NCBI RefSeq assembly: GCF_963921235.1
Contig: NC_086097.1
Location: forward strand, 146,384,001-146,448,000
Length of the DNA: 64,000 bases
From: Mobula hypostoma
Lineage: Eukaryota
Reading direction: 5' to 3'
Shown here: positions 28,610 to 42,110 of the stretch, piece by piece
Layout: every line of letters starts with the position of its first letter
Position numbering within the stretch: position 1 is the stretch's first letter
The notes under the pieces: model-generated
Seen by the model: only the letters and a program-made list of their open reading frames with translations
Database searches by the model: none
Told to the model about the DNA's origin: nothing
Translations under genes and position numbers: made by a program

Positions 28610-30690
28610 GATGGCGTCGATAAGCGGCGACTCATCGCTTACAACTCTGATTGGAATCAAATATTCCTGTTCCAGACTACTACAGCTAAAATCCAGTCAG
28701 GGCCATGGGTACTTCCATAAGTAACATTGTTTAAAGTAGTTTTAAAAATCTATTGATACTCAAAATCGACAGATCCCAGACTGCAAACTCATGTCAAGTG
28801 TAGTTTTCCCTTCAAGGAAAAAAAGCTTTAAACCTCCACTCCTGACTATCCTTCTGGTGAATGTACAGTCTCTGGAAAATAAAATTGAAGACCTCAGAGC
28901 AAGATTGCTGTACCAGAGGGACATAAGGCACTGCTGTGTACTTTGCTTCACTGAAACATGGCTACCTCATGCTATTTCGGATGCAGTGCTGAAGCTCAAT
29001 GGGTTCACCATTCAACCAAAGATAGAACAGCCTAGTCTTTTAAAGTCAGAGGTGGTGAGTATGCTTCATAATTAAATCATTGTGGTGAAAAGACATGGAA
29101 GCTCTGTCTCAGTCCTGCTCACCTGACCCAAAATAACTAGCAATCAAATGTCACCCTTTTTAGCTGTCAAGTGAACTTTTACCATCACCCTGGTAGCGAT
29201 GTATATTCCACCTCAGGCCAACATCAGGCACTGGAGGACCTAAGCTCCATAATCAACAGGCACAAAACAAAGCAGCCTGATGCCTTCCCCATCATTGTGG
29301 AGGATTTCAAGCAGGCCAGCTTGAAGCCACTGAGCAACTACCTCTAAAATATCACCTGTGGAATTCGGAGTCATGCCACGCCCACACTCTGGAAAGTCCG
29401 ATTACCTGGCAGTGCTTCTCATAGTCATACTTTACTGATCCCGAGGGAAATTGGTTTTCGTTACAGTTGCACCATAATTAGATAGTAATAAAACCATAAA
29501 TAATTAAATAGTAATATGTAAATTATGCCAGGAAATAAATCCAGGACCAGCCTATTGGCTCAGGGTGTCTGACCCTCCAAGGGAGGAGTTGTAAAGTTTG
29601 ATGGCCACAGGCAGGAATGACTTCCTATGACGCTCAGTGCTGCATCTCGGCGGAATAAGTCTCTGGCTGAACGTACTCCTGTGCCCATCCAGTCCATTAT
29701 GTAGTGGATGGGAGACATTGTCCAAGATGGCATGCAACTTGGACAGCATCCTCTTTTCAGACACCACCGTCAGAGAGTCCAGTTCCATCCCCACAACATC
29801 ACTGGCCTTACGAATGAGTTTGTTGATTCTGTTGGTGTCTGCCACCCTCAGCCTGCTGCCCCAGCACACAACAGCAAACATGATAGCACTGGCCACCACA
29901 GACTCATAGAACATCCTCAGCATCATCTGACAGATGTTAAAGGACCTCAGTCTCCTCAGGAAATAGAGGCGGCTCTGACCCTTCTTGTAGACAGCCTCAG
30001 TGTTGTTTGACCAGTCCAGTTTATTGTCAATTCGTATCCCCAAGTATTTGTAATCCTCCACCATGTCCACACTGACCCCCTGGATGGAAACAGGGGTCAC
30101 CGGTGCCTTAACTCTCCTCAGGTCTACCACCAGCTCTTTAGTCTTTTTCACATTAAGCTGCAGATAATTCTGCTCACACCATGTGACAAAGTCTCCTACC
30201 GTAGCCCTGTACTCAGCCTTATCTCCCTTGCTGATGCATCCAACTATGGCAGAGTCAGACAGGCAGAGACGAAAGGCTGCAGCACCAGTGGCGAGGCCCA
30301 AGAAGGTATGGTCAAGGGAGGTGGAGTAGCACTTACAGGACTGTTTTGAGCCAGTGCTTCAGTTTTGAGTCTGAATGAATTTTCCAGAGTTATCGACTTC
30401 ATCAAGACCTGTATGGATGAGTGTGTTCCTTCCAAAATATACCAGACATACCCAAATCAAAAGCAGTGGATGAACCAGGAGATTCATAGTCTGCTGAGCG
30501 CAGATCTGTGGCATTCCAGAATTGGATACATGTCAGCTCTGGCAGGGCCAGCAGGCCATTATATCCTACAAAGCAAAACCTAACATCATGAATTGCAGTG
30601 ATGCTTCACTCCCAGATGAGCTCAATACCTTTTATGCACACTTTGAAAGGGAGAATAAAACTACATTTATGCGAATCCCTGCACAAATGT
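28610..30690 (+). mobile_element. Rex/Babar/L2-type LINE 5' part (endonuclease)
   Basis: Starts AGATGGCG; LVNVQSLENK...CFTETWL; continues after the nested element at 30260-30690 (YPNQKQWM, LPDELNTFY). Confidence 0.8.
29421..30258 (-). mobile_element. Young Rex/Babar-type LINE 3' fragment nested in an older LINE
   Basis: Uninterrupted ORF 29552-30258 (DSAIVGCI...LQLNVKKTKELVVD...YKYLG...SRLYFLRRL...SFLPVAIKLYN). Confidence 0.9.
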
Positions 30691-32689
30691 TGGAGCTCAC
30701 TCCTGTAGTAGATGGATGTAATGCTTTACTCATGCTCTGACCCACATTCTGTGTAAAAGATACCAGCCACAGTTCGAGCTTCCCACGAAGACCATCTCAG
30801 ACAAACTGGCTAACTCAGGAAGATTGGCATTTCCTCCTTTGAACCATTTGTCTGCACAAAGCACTTCTTACAAAAGGGTCTCTGCTTTCAGCAGCATTCT
30901 GTGGGCATCTTCCCCTGTGCTCCACTCCACAGCTCCTGCCAAAAGACTGCCAAACCAGACTGCTGTCCTTCAGAAATCTGATCCTGCCTAATTCTCTTAA
31001 ATCATCCCACTGAGCAGAAAGTTACAAAATGTACCCAGATAAACCCAAGAGGCTGACACAACATTCCCAAGTTGGACAAAAAGGATCCTTACCTTTAGCC
31101 AAAGCCAAACACTCTTGGTAGCTGGACACACTGCTTTTTCCAGAAAACTAAAATAAATATCTCACAGCAGAGCAGCAGAAATCATAACCAGGACATTACA
31201 GGTGTAATTACAAAGGCGGCACAGCAGCAGTTATATTTCATTAGGTGTTTGAGTTGAATTGGCATGTCAAAGATCTTGCAAATTTTAAGAGACATACCTT
31301 GGGTTGCATCACTATCTGATATGGAGAGGCCACTGCACAGGATGCGAAAATGCAGCAGAAAGCTGCAACATTAGCCAGCTCCATCATGAGCAGTAGCCTA
31401 CCGAATGTCCAGGAAACCTAAAAATGGAGATGCCTCAAAAAGGTGGCGTCTATCATTAAGGACCCCATCACCCAGGGCATGCCCTCTTCTCTTTACTACC
31501 ATTGAGCAACTATTAATAATGGAGTAAATGACTGAGAAAATCCCAACAGGATGCAACTACGTTCACAGATTTAGGTTTGAAAACAGAACGTACATATCGG
31601 ATTTAGGATGGCAGTTTTTAGGCCTTTGAAAGAAAGTACTAGAGGTTTCCACAGGTTTCATTGTTTTAAAACTGTATGAATAGTAATTTATTTAACATAT
31701 TCTTCTGTATTTTTGCCCAAATTAATGGAAAGAGAGGCAAAGCACCAGAACAGTCAGACACTGACCATGCCACTGCTTAAATCCAAAAGATCATTACTGC
31801 TTTAATTGGGTGTATTTAGCTATATTTAGGGGTATATATAGTGTCCATGGATGGGGTAGCACCTCTGGTGAAGGGGGCCGATCATAACCATTCTGGGACA
31901 GCTCACTTATTTTTGGTCTCCACTGAACACTCAGGTCTCACCTCTGGCTCCAAGTAGCTGTTTGCATGCAACAGGGGCCATACTCTGGTACATTGCTTCA
32001 ATTGGGAGGGGGGGGGTGGACTAAACCAGATGAGGATAGCCTCACGAGATACAGTACCCTTTCGAGATAGGGACATATTTGTCCTAGCATGCAAAATCAG
32101 CTCTGGCAGACTGGGTAGATAAGACCTATAGTGAGATCCAACGGTCAGAAAAACAGCACTGCAATGCTCCATGGAGAGTGAAGCACATGACAAGTCTCAG
32201 AAGACATCATGGTCATCATATGCAACCAAAGATGACCCCAGTTTGTGATGCTTGCTCATGTCACTGGACTCAGACGTCTGAGGTCAAGAGAGTGGAACTG
32301 CACAAGTTTTTCCACTTTAAAAAGTTCTTCTGCACAGGTTTCCTGTCATCATCGCACATGTTGGACAACCACCATTTAGCCAACTGAAAGCTGCTGTTGA
32401 AAAAAGGCTAGGGGTCAAAAAGATTAGTGAGCTCAACTAGTAAACAGGAAAATTTGACCCTGAAAAGATCAGGAGATACAACTTAGATTTAAGGATGAAG
32501 AACCACTAAGCATGATTGGAAGATGGAGAGAAAAGTAAAATATAGTCAAGGATCTTGCATGGAAACCAAGGTTTAAAAGTTGCAGACATGTGTCCTGCAA
32601 AATTATGTTACCACAGGGGATTTTTTTTTTTAAATAAAAGAGCAGGATCATTTTAAAAGGGAGGGAAAAGATGGAAAGGGAGGGAGGAG

Positions 32690-33290
32690 AAGATGGCAGC
32701 GCGACGCAGCAAACTCAGCCGTTCCGAATGATGTCGATATGTGTACCTAGGGGTGCCGTGCATGGAGACAGCTGTGAGAAGCGCAGAGGAATATCTGGAG
32801 TAACTTCTGAAATGCCTGCTTCGTTGCTGTTGCTACTGTGCGATCGAGAATCTCCGGAGACGAAGGCCCCAAATCCTCAGCTTTGCGTATCGCCTGTTGC
32901 CAGGGCCGGGGTCGAAGCGCTCGGCAGAGATGGTGCTCAGTGTCGGGAGGTGGTCGGAGGCTCAGAGTTTTTCGGACGGACTCGGAGTCAGACGGTGGTC
33001 AGATGCTGCACCGGCAAGTTGGCAGCGCTGGAGGTTTACCGTCTGCCTGAGATGATGGGACTTTCGAGAGACTTTGAGACTTTTACTGGGCCGTGGTCTG
33101 TTTTCATCAAATTACGGTATTGCTTTGCACTGTTGTAACTATATGTTGTAATTATGTGGTTTTTGTTCGTTTTTAAGTCGGCTTGTCATGTGTTTTCGTG
33201 ATATCATTCTGGAAAAACATTTCATCATTTCTTAATGCATGCATTACTAAATGACAGTAAAAGGGGACTGCGCGTCCTCAATCATCATAT
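32690..33290 (+). mobile_element. CpG-rich non-autonomous LINE-derived element
   Basis: Begins AAGATGGCAGCG, has a GC/CpG-rich body, then a T-rich LINE-like 3' tail ending AAATGACAGTAAAA...ATCATCAT. Confidence 0.5.
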
Positions 33291-36089
33291 TCATAACAAT
33301 ACCTGCTACTGATCTCCACCACATCCGAGTTTACTTTTCACTTCTACAGTCAGGAGTCGCAAGTTCCACATTCAAAAACAAAAGGCTTATCTTTTCTTTC
33401 CACATGTGCATGCCGAATAGTGACAAGTAATTCCCTGTATGACAGACTTCCCCCAAGTGCAGATCATCATGGCCTTTGGATTACTGGAAACAACCTGGCT
33501 ATAATTCTGGCAGGTTGCTGTTACTCGACTACATGGGACATGCCACCTATAACTTGACCAGATCAATCTGACACTTTGGAAGTTCTCTTCTATCCACTTC
33601 CCATTATTGGTGCATGCACCTCAACACATGAAATATCCTTCCATACTAGATCATGCTGCAAGACAACATAGATTACAGCTGGAATATTAAGTATATCATA
33701 CCGGAAGGATAAGAAGCTAGGAAAAAGATGGGGAGTGACTTAATGATAAATCTTAGCACATAGAGGGGGATGATTCAACTTCAGAATACCAGGATTTAGA
33801 AGCGGTCTGGATAGAGACGAGATAAAGACAAGTATTAACTTGTGGATGTGAAACACTCCCTGAAACACACAGGAGGTGAGTATATTAAAAACAAGGAAAC
33901 CTTGTCAGAATGATGTTAATCATGGTGATTTTAATGTACATTCACCAGAAAAACAGATTGGCAGATGTAGTCAAGATGAGCTCATAGTTTTTTGGAATAA
34001 ATTCTTGCAGAAGCACATCCTATAACCAACCACAGCAGGTTACATTATACCTGATGTTATGCAAAGCAATAGGATTCATTAGCCCAATTGGTAGAGTGGC
34101 TTGCTGATCTCCAGCCATCTTTCTATCATCGCGCTGGGGACCAGAACCTCCCATCCTTTGAATCAGTAGGTAACCCCCATTATCCTGCCATCGAACTACA
34201 ATATTGAGAGGTGGGAGGCATATAAACTAGTGAGATTCTAACCATTCCTGAGGTCTCTGGCTAAGTTTAGGATCAGGGAAAAATCACACAAGGAGGGCTG
34301 GGGAAGTGAATTTTGAATTTAAAAAAAAAAATTTGGCCCCACTTATTTAAAATAGTATAACTCATGCCCCCCCCCCCCCCATTATTTGACATGAAAGCTC
34401 TGGCAAATGAAATTCAAAAGACACTATGGATGCTGTAATTTTGAAATATAAAGAAAACAAGAAGTTTGTCAGAACTGGTTTTATAAAGGGTCACCAATAA
34501 GAAACAAACTCCATTTCCCTTTTCACAAAGGCTGCCTGACACATGGAGTGTTTGCAGCATTTCCTATTTTTATTTATGATAACTCCAAACTCTTCTCAGC
34601 TACGTCCTATTTTGGGTGCAAGGACAAGCCTAATCCTTACCTCAAGAAACATAACAATCATGTGAAACAGAAGAAACATGAGCGAAATATTCCCTGAACA
34701 TCGCCAATTGATGAGTAGTGTGGAGTGCAATACAAGGTCACCCTGGAAAACCTAATGTTGCCTACCAGCAACATCCCATTCTCCACCACCCTTCCACCCC
34801 ATCTGCTCCAGGTTACAGCTAGACATGCATGATAAGCACCAGATGACACAGCAAATGACCCCAATTCAATAATCTATTAGAAAATTGGCCAACAATCTAA
34901 ATGCAGCCTTGAATGCTGAGAATTTTAATAATATACTGAAGGATAAAATTATGCTTAGCTCAATTAAGATATCATACCCATGTTAAAAGGAGATTGAGGG
35001 AAACCTTGGGGATGTGCGATTGTTAAACATAATGATGATTGCACAGATGGATTCATAGTAAAGGCATTCATTAGCATCAGAAATCAATGAGCATTATTTC
35101 TCTAATTGTATAAATTACAACTAGCTATTTTAGATCACGACATGATTGTTTAAAGGCGGCTTAGGTCTGGTTTTGAGCAACTCTTGGGAGAAAAGGTCAT
35201 TATTTATATATTTCATTTTGTACAAAATACCTCATGGTTTGAAACAAAATCTGCAAGAATCCCATTTCATGGGCAGTATTAAATGTGTTGAATAATGTCA
35301 CAAAACTGGCCCTCCCTGCCAAACCTGCTACTTGAATCAGTTCATTGCCGAGTGAGGAACCGAGTTATAAATACCATAGTGGCCTAGCTTGATTAGCAGT
35401 CAATGAGTTAGTCCATTTTAACTGAGTACAGAATATTAGATTACCACTTTTGTCTTTGGTCATCTAGACGAAGGAAAAATATTCTGTTTCATATTTCCAT
35501 AAGACATTGGACTTGTTATCTTTATAAGTGAATGTTAGTGAGTTAGAAGGACAAGTGGATTCCTATCCTAATATTGTGAGAGAAGAGAGAAGCACAAGAT
35601 GCAAAGTAGAATCAATTGAGACCCAGTTAACCCAGAGGAGGGAAAACCATGGTTGACGATAACAAAAAGATAGCACTGAATAAGACAGCACCACACCTGT
35701 TGTGGCAGTGATTGTAAAAACTGGGAAGAGGCTGCAATCGTAATATTAAACAGGGTAGTTGCAGCTATGGGGGGGTTCATGTACTCACATTGGATATTGG
35801 TTATGTTTCCAAGAAAGAGGAGACTCAGATGAATAAAGTAAAGGCAGAGTGGAAATTGACAATACATGTCATGGAACTTTTGAATGAAATCACTAAGAGA
35901 TCTCCGAAATCAACAAACACATTGACATTCTTCACAAGAAAAATTCAGCCCTCACTTAAACAGCATTTTATCAAAACTTAGCATAGCTTTTAGTTTAGTT
36001 GATACTGTCTTTTATAAAACCAAGATTGTCCTCCTTTGTTTAAATTTCAAAACCTTGACAAAAAACTAACATGCAAAAGTCAATTTATG

Positions 36090-37170
36090 TTGTACCCATT
36101 TAAACAATACCATGCTGTCAAGAAGCTCAGAGACCTCGGCCTTCACCCTGTCTTGTGCAGCCAGATCCTGGATTTCCTGTCAGATCGCTGGTAGGTGGTA
36201 CGAGTGGGATCCCTCACCTCTGCCCCTCTGACTGAACAGAGGAGCCCCTCAGGGCTGTGTACTAAGCCCCCTCCTGTATATCCATGACTATGTCGCCACC
36301 CACTGCTCCAATCTGCTAATTATATTTGATGACAACACTATACTGACTAGCCAAGTCTCAAATAATAATGAGACAGCCTACAGAGAAGAAGCCATCACCC
36401 TGACACAGTGGTGCCAAGAAAACAACCTCTCCCTCAATGTCGCAAAAACTAAGGAGCTGGTTGTGAACTACAAGAGGAATGGAGACAGGGTAGCACGTAT
36501 TGACATCAATGGATCTGGGGTTGAGAGGGTGAACAGCTTTAAGTACCTTGGCATAACATCACTGAGGATCTCACATGGTCTGTACCTATCGGCTGTGTGG
36601 TAAAAAAAAAGGCACAACACCACCTCTTTCACTTCAGATGGTTGAGGAAGTTTTGCATGGGCCTCCAAATCTTAAGAACTTTCTACAGGGCACAATTGAG
36701 AGCATCCTGCCTGGCTGCATCACTGCCTGGTATGGGAACTGTAATTCCCTTAATCACAGGACTCTGCAGAGAGTGGTACGGACAGCCCAGCACATCTGTA
36801 GATGTGAACTTCCCACTATTCAGGGCATTTACAATGACAGCTGTGTAAAAAGGACCCAAAGGATCATTGGGGACCCAAGCCACCCCAACTACAAACTGCT
36901 CCAGCTGCTACAATCTGGAAAATGGTACCACAGCATATAAGCCAGGACCAACAGGCTCCGGGACAGCTTCTTCCACCAGGCCATCAAACAGATGAACTCA
37001 CATTGATTTGAGTGTACTCTATGTTACATTGACTGTTCTATTTATTACAAATTATTGATTATAAATATTTATTATAAATTACTATGATTGCACATTTAGA
37101 TAGAGATGTAACAAAGATTTTTACTCATGTATGTGAAGGATGTAAGAAATAAAGCCAATTCAATTCAATT
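36090..37170 (+). mobile_element. Rex/Babar-type LINE 3' fragment
   Basis: GAPQG-like motif, FDD, TKELVV, IESILPGCITAWYGN; tail AATAAAGCC followed by AATTC repeats. Confidence 0.85.
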
Positions 37171-38349
37171 TGCTCACAACGGCAGAAGGGCCCTATACTA
37201 GTGACAGTGTGTACCTGGACTCGAGTGTGCCACTTTTTACTGTCAGTCGTGGAAAATACCTCGCTCTGTAATACTAGTAGCTAGCTATCGCGGCATTGAT
37301 AATGGTACAAGTGCCCTTAGGGACAGTGCAATGCCCTTAAACCTTTGCATCTCGTCAAGGTCCTTCCTGCAAAAGGTACTATCCAATGAAATGGGCAACT
37401 GATTTCCAATGCAGCAATGATGAGGACAGCATTTGGTATCCCAATCAGCTAATCATGCATGGAAGATCCAAAAGGCTTTCTTCACTGCAAACTCAAAGTC
37501 ATGGTGCTTGTTTGAGACAATTTGGTAACAAGGCAAACTGCCAAATAAATAGCAGTCTGCTTGAGTAACCACAATCTCCTTTTCTTGCAAGTTTCAAATG
37601 AAAAGTCAGGCAGACCACTGCCTGATTTGTGATCAAATCTAGTCTTTTTTCAAGTACACTGCTACCCTTAAAATGCACACTCAGGTTTCTTTCTATTTAT
37701 ACTTCAACTTTATATCATTTCTTGTATCATCCACATCCTTTCTCCAAAATGCATCACTATGTTTTCTTATTATAAATCAACGGTATTTTCCTGCTCACTT
37801 TACCCAAGTTTCCACCTGACATTGCTACCTTCCACAAGCTTAATATGTCAGCATGGTCTGAAATTAGGATTCACATGCCATGCCAGTTTACTATTAAATT
37901 CTAGGAGATAACCCTTTACAGTTCCCTGCCTTTTGAAAAACAATATTTTCTCAGTCAGTACATGCATAATCAACTTTTCATTAATTGCAGACTTCCACCA
38001 ATTTTTATTCTTCAAAGAAAAACTATTTTGGTAGACGAGAAATTTAATTGAATTTTTGAGATGCAATAAATTAATAATGACAATGTCTAATGAACATCTA
38101 AAAGTCAATAAAATGCGTGGTATAACAAGAGGAGGGAGGGCTCCTCTGGGTTATCAATTGAACTCATAGTTACAGGGAAATTGGAATTTAATTCTTTAAA
38201 CCTGTAACTAAGTAGAAAGAATCAGTTGATAAAACAATTAGATTGAACCAAATAAAATTTTGCTCCACTGATGTCTTCTAGATAAGGACAGCTGATAAAC
38301 TAAGCTGGTCAGATCTGTGTGTGAACCACCATACACAGAATCACATCTT

Positions 38350-41300
38350 TGACTTTTAATTGTTGTTTGAGAAAGACCTAGCAAATCCGAGTAACTATAG
38401 GCCAGTAAACTTCCAGTGGTAGCGAAGCGATTGGAGAGGATACTGAGAGACAAGGACTTTTGGAAAGACATAACCTGCTTAGGGACAATTAACAAGGCTT
38501 TCTGCATTGCTGATCAGATGCCTTACAAACTTGAATGAGTTTCTTTTGAAGAAATGATAAAGAAGCTTGGAGAGAGTAAGGCAGTGTACATTATAGCCAT
38601 GGACTTTAAGTCAGTTGACAAGGTCTTCATGGTAGGTTGATTCAGAAGACAGATGCTTGGGATCTGGGGTGAATTGCAAGTTCGGATTCAGAATTGGCTC
38701 TCCCATAAAAGACATAGAAGGGATGGAGCCGATTCCATCTCTCATCCATGGCAGGTCTTCACCATCCCTTCTCTGAAGCAGAACATTGTCCTCTGTAAGG
38801 TCTTCACCTTTGGACCTGTGCCCACACTGCTGAGTTCTGCGCACACCATGACACTGAGCTTATCTTCCATTACCTCAGTCTCCAAGACTATTTTTTTGGC
38901 AAGGACTCCCCACCCCACACGAATGACCCCTTCTCCCACCTTCAACTCTCCTCTTCCTGGACATTTCGCTCAGGTCTTCTGCTTGCGCTGGATCTTTTTA
39001 ATTGCCAACTGCCAAAAGGACATCATTTGTCCGAACTTCAACACTCCTCTTTCCAATACCACCCTCACTTCTTCTGCATGCTCTGCTCTACACTCCCTCC
39101 ATACCATTTCTAACCTCACCATCAAACCTACAGATAAGGAGGTGCCATAGTAGTCTGGGATACTGACCTCTACCTTGCTGAGGCCAGACAACAGCTCTCA
39201 GACACCTCCTCTTACTTACCCCTCAAACAGGACTCGACTCCACTAAGGAGCACCAAGCCATTGTTTTTGCACACTATCACTGACCTTATTAGCTCTGGGG
39301 ATCTCCCATCCATTGCCAGAAACCTCAGTTACCGCAACACCTCCCCCCCACACCCCATCTCAACCTCCTTCCCAAGATCCATAAACCTGCCTGTCCAGGT
39401 AGACCCACTGCTTCAGCTTGTTTCTGCCCCACTGAACTCACAGCTGCATACCTCAACTATTTTATCTACCCAAGTTCAGTCCCTTCCTACCTACATCCGT
39501 GACACTTCACATGCTCTGAATCTTTTCCCTGGTCCCCATCATCCTATTTTAACTCTGGATGTTCAGTCCCCATACACCTCCATCCCTCACCAGGAAGGTC
39601 TCAAAGCTTTCCATTTCTCTCTGGACACCAGACCCAATGAGCTCCCCTCCACCACCATTCTCCCCAGTCTACCAGACCTTGGCCTCACTCTTAATAATTT
39701 CTCCCTTGGCTCCACCCATTTCCTTTATGAAAAGATGTAGCCACAGGCACTCACATGGGTCCCAGCTATGTCTGCCTTTTGTCAACTACGTGGAACAAAC
39801 CATGTTCCAAGCCTACACCAGTGGCCATCTCTCACTTATCTTATGCTACATTGACGAGTGCACTGATACTGCTTCCTGCACCCATGCCGAGCTCATCGAC
39901 TTCATCAACTTTGTCTCCAACTTCCATCCAGTCCTCAAATTTACCTGGTCCATTCTGACACCTCCCTCCCTCTCTCTTCTCAATCTCTGTCTCCATCCCT
40001 GATCTACTTATCTACTGATGTCTACTATAAACCTATGGACCCTCACACCTACCTGGACTCCTACCCTGTTACTTGTAAAAACACCATCCCCTTCTCTCAA
40101 TTCCTCAGTCTCCAGTGCACCTGCCCTCAGGATGAGGCTTTTCATTCCAGAATGAAGGACATGACCTCCTTCTTCAAAGAAAGGGCTTCCTTCCTTCACC
40201 ATCAATATTGCCCTCAACTGCATCTCTTCCATTTTGTGCAATCTGCTCTCACCTCTTCCTCCCGCCATCCTACCAACAGGGATAGGGTTCCTCTTGCCCT
40301 CACCTACCACCCTAACAGCCTCCGCATCCAGCACATAATTCTCCGTAACTTCCGCTATCTCCAACTGGATCATACCACCACACACATCTCCACCAATACC
40401 CCCCCCCCACCTTTTTCTGCAGGGATCGCTTCCAAAGTGACTCCCTTGACTACTCATCCCATCCCACTGCTCTCCCTCCTGGCACTTATCCTTGCAAGTG
40501 GAACAAGTGCTACACCTCCTCCCTCACTACCATTCAGGGCCCCAAACAGTGCTTCCAGGTGAAGCGACACTTCACCTGTGAGTCTGTTGGGGTCATCTAC
40601 TATGTCCGGTGCTCCAGTGTGGCCTTCTGTACATCAGTGAGACCCGATGTAGATTGGGAGATATCTTCGCTGAGCACCTATACGCCACCTGCCAGAAAAT
40701 GCAGAATCTCCTCATAGCCACCCATTTTAATTCAACTTCCCATTCCGACATGTCAATCCATGGCCTCCTCCACTGTCGCGTTAAGGCCACACTCAAGTTG
40801 GAGGAGCAACATCTTATATTCCGTCTGGGTAGCCTCCAACTTGATGGCACGAACATTGATATCTTAAACTTCCAGATATTGCCCCCCGATCTCCTCCACT
40901 ATTCCCCATCCTCTTTGCCTCTCTCACCTCATTTCCTTGCCTACCCATTGCCTCCCCCCAGTGCTCCTCCCCCTTTTTCTTTCTTCCATAGCCTTCTATC
41001 CTCCATTAGATTCCCCTTTCTCCAGCTCTGCATCTCCTTCACTAATCAACTTTCCAGATCTTTATTGCACCCCTCCCTGTCTCAGTTTCACCTATCAGCT
41101 TGTGTTTCTCCCTCCTCTCTCCCTACCTTTCAGCTCTGACTTATCTTTTTCCCCCTCCAGTCCTGCTGAAGGGTCTTGGGAAAAAAAAAAAGAAAAATAA
41201 ATAAATCGACTATTCTTTGCCAAAGGTGCCGCCGGCCTGCTGAGTTCTTTCAGCATTTTGTGTGTGTTGCTTGGATTTCCAGCATCTACAGATTTTTCTC

Positions 41301-42110
41301 TTGTTTGTGATTGGAAAGTTTCTTTTCCCTTGTTTAGTCTGGAGGTCAGTGACCAGTAGTGTTCTACAAGGATATGTACTAGACCTTTGTGATATATATG
41401 AGTAATATGGATGAAAATGGAGACAGACAGAATAAAAAAATTTGCAAATAACACCAAGATTGAAGGAGTTGTGGATGGTGCAAAGGACTATCAAACAATA
41501 CAGCAGGATACACCTCAGTTACAGACATGGGCAGATGGAGTTTAATCTGGACAAATGTGAGAAGTTCAATTGTGGAAAGACTGCCTATTGGTTGTAGTTT
41601 TGGTTGCACAATTATGGAAGGATGTTGAGACTGGAGAAGGTGCAGAAAATGTTTACTAAGATGCTACCTGGATTAGAGGGCATGAGCTATAAGATTGAGT
41701 GAAATTGGTTTGTTTTGCTTTGAACAGAAGCTAAGAAAGACCTGGTAGAAGTTTTTGAAATTATGAGAAGTATGGATAGGATATAGAAAGAATATTTCCC
41801 CCCAGGATAGAAACAAACACCAGGAGGCATGCTTTTCAGGTTGGTGGCAGTGGGGAGTTTGAAAACGTTGTCAAGTTTTTACTGTATTTAAAAATTGTGG
41901 AGTGGTAGGTGCCTGGAATTAGTTATCTGGGGTAGTAGTGGAATTAGGTAGTTCAGTGGAGTTTGAGAGGCTTTTGGATAGACACATGAAGACGAAAGGA
42001 ATGGAGGGAAATGGGTGATACAGAGAACATCAATATTTAGTGTAAATTGGCATCAAGAGTGATGTTTCATGGGTTGAATGGCCTGTCCCAGTACTATACC
42101 GCTCCCTGTA
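38350..42110 (+). mobile_element. Old CR1 LINE split by the Penelope element
   Basis: RT remnants at 38350-38720 (IQNWLSH) continue at 41330-42110, ending in the tail GGGTTGAATGGCCTGT. Confidence 0.75.
38740..41310 (+). mobile_element. Degenerate Penelope-like retroelement (RT + GIY-YIG)
   Basis: Frameshifted ORFs carry LDVQSPYTSIPH, MGPSY, CYIDE and the GIY-YIG-like YISETRCRLGDIFAEH...LEEQHLIFRLG. These are followed by a pyrimidine-rich 3' region and the terminal repeat. It interrupts a CR1. Confidence 0.85.

Noticed and set aside
30704..31200. Solo LTR (TGTAGT...ATTACA)
   Set aside because: The termini are suggestive, but no TSD or other support was found.
32671..33138. 155-aa ORF as a gene
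   Set aside because: No recognisable domain; expected by chance in a GC-rich repeat-like segment.
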